The translations under genes were made by a program, and so were the position numbers. This document shows positions 62,749 through 64,000 of a DNA stretch of 64,000 bases, in pieces. Under the pieces are notes generated by a model. The model saw nothing but the letters and a program-made list of their open reading frames with translations. It did not search any database and was not told where the DNA came from. Positions within the stretch are counted from its first letter, which is position 1, and every line of letters begins with the position of its first letter. Source of the DNA: Minisyncoccota bacterium (GTDB lineage: Bacteria; Patescibacteriota; Minisyncoccia; Phycocordibacterales; UBA9973); the NCBI GenBank assembly GCA_035353995.1, contig DAOQAL010000001.1:209464-273463 (forward strand), in the 5' to 3' direction.

Positions 62749-64000
62749 ATGGCAGGTAAAATTTTTAAACTAAAAAGTGAATACAAGCCAGCAGGTGATC
62801 AGCCAAAAGCAATTTTAGGCGTCTTAGAAGGTCTTAAAAAAGGTATGTCAAAACAAACACTACTTGGTGCTACTGGTACTGGAAAGACTTTTACAATAGC
62901 TAATGTCATTGAAAAATATAATAAGCCTACTCTTGTAATAGCTCATAATAAAACTTTAGCAGCACAACTAGCTCAAGAATTCAGAGAGTTTTTTCCTGAT
63001 GCTGCTGTTCATTATTTTGTTTCTTATTATGATTATTATCAACCAGAAGCATATATGCCAGTTACGGATACATATATAGAAAAAGATGCGCAAATAAATA
63101 AAGAAATAGATAGACTTCGTCATGCTTCAACAGAAGCTTTATTAACAAGACCTGATGTTATTATTGTTTCTTCCGTTTCTTGTATTTATGGCTTAGGTAG
63201 TCCTGAAGAATATGAAAAGGTTAATTTAAAATTAAATGTTGGAATGGATATGGATCGCACAACATTAATGAAAAAATTAATTGAAATTTATTTTGAACGT
63301 ACAAATGCAGATATTAATTCAGGAACTTTTCGTTCTATCGGTTCTAAAGTTGAAGTAATGCCAACTTCTGAAACTTTTGTTTTTCAAATAGAATTTTCAG
63401 GTAAAAAAATTTCTCGTATAGCTAAAGTTGATCCAGTCTCTTCACAAATTATATCTATAGAAAAAAATATTTTTTTATTTCCAGCAAAACATTTTATAAC
63501 AGAAAAAAAAGAACAAGAACGTGCAATTAAAAATATTAAAGATGAACTTTCAATTCAATTAAAAAAATTTCAAAAAGAAGGAAAATTGCTTGAAGCTGAA
63601 CGTATAAAAAGAAGAACAAATTATGATTTAGCAATGATTCGTGAAATTGGATATTGTAGTGGTATTGAAAATTATTCAAGACACCTTTCAGGTAAAAAAG
63701 CTGGTGAACCGCCAGAGACTTTACTTTCGTATTTTCCAAAAGATTTTCTTGTTGTTATTGATGAATCGCATGTTACATTACCGCAGTTGCGCGGTATGTA
63801 TGCTGGAGATGCATCACGTAAAGAAACTTTAGTAAAATATGGTTTTCGTCTTCCTAGCGCTAAAGATAATAGACCATTAAAATATAATGAATTTGAAGAA
63901 AGAATAAAACAAGTAATTTATACTTCTGCTACACCAGGAGATGAAGAACGTAAAGAAAGTGAACAAATAATTGAACAAATAATTCGTCCAACGGGGCTGA
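62749..64000 (+). CDS. uvrB: Excinuclease ABC subunit B (partial, runs off the window)
   Basis: MAGKIFKLKSEYKPAGDQPKAI, LGATGTGKTFT, HNKTLAAQL, FVSYYDYYQPEAY, DESH, EQIIRPTGL. Confidence 0.97.
   Translation, partial: MAGKIFKLKSEYKPAGDQPKAILGVLEGLKKGMSKQTLLGATGTGKTFTIANVIEKYNKPTLVIAHNKTLAAQLAQEFREFFPDAAVHYFVSYYDYYQPEAYMPVTDTYIEKDAQINKEIDRLRHASTEALLTRPDVIIVSSVSCIYGLGSPEEYEKVNLKLNVGMDMDRTTLMKKLIEIYFERTNADINSGTFRSIGSKVEVMPTSETFVFQIEFSGKKISRIAKVDPVSSQIISIEKNIFLFPAKHFITEKKEQERAIKNIKDELSIQLKKFQKEGKLLEAERIKRRTNYDLAMIREIGYCSGIENYSRHLSGKKAGEPPETLLSYFPKDFLVVIDESHVTLPQLRGMYAGDASRKETLVKYGFRLPSAKDNRPLKYNEFEERIKQVIYTSATPGDEERKESEQIIEQIIRPTGL

Overview
Low-GC bacterial chromosome segment using the standard genetic code. 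Gene content and order are typical of Patescibacteria (CPR, Parcubacteria-like); this assignment is an inference. It holds a type IV pilus cluster (PilO, PilB, receiver protein, PilT, PilC, two paralogous pilins, PilD, minor pilins), ligA, an orphan ECF S-component, ribokinase, SufS with a DsbA-like partner, a UvrD-nuclease fusion, pheST, secDF, lemA-htpX, gatCA, five tRNAs, rpoB-rpoC-dnaG-rpoD, tsf/rpsB, proS-mreB-mreC-tgt, an arginine-decarboxylase-like enzyme, a class II RNR, RNase P RNA and the 5' part of uvrB. The most notable unexplained structures are: (1) very short GC-rich hairpin insertions in a duplicated tRNA-Ser 5' fragment, in frame in tgt, at the rpoD stop and before a tRNA; (2) a cassette-like three-gene array after tRNA-Asp with shared upstream and downstream repeats; (3) a probable remote DGR target gene frameshifted in its variable region; (4) a promoter-hairpin-terminator small RNA candidate after rnpB; (5) a palindromic motif that twice abuts local tandem duplications; (6) pervasive leaderless promoter architecture. 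All calls were made by eye, with no database searches.
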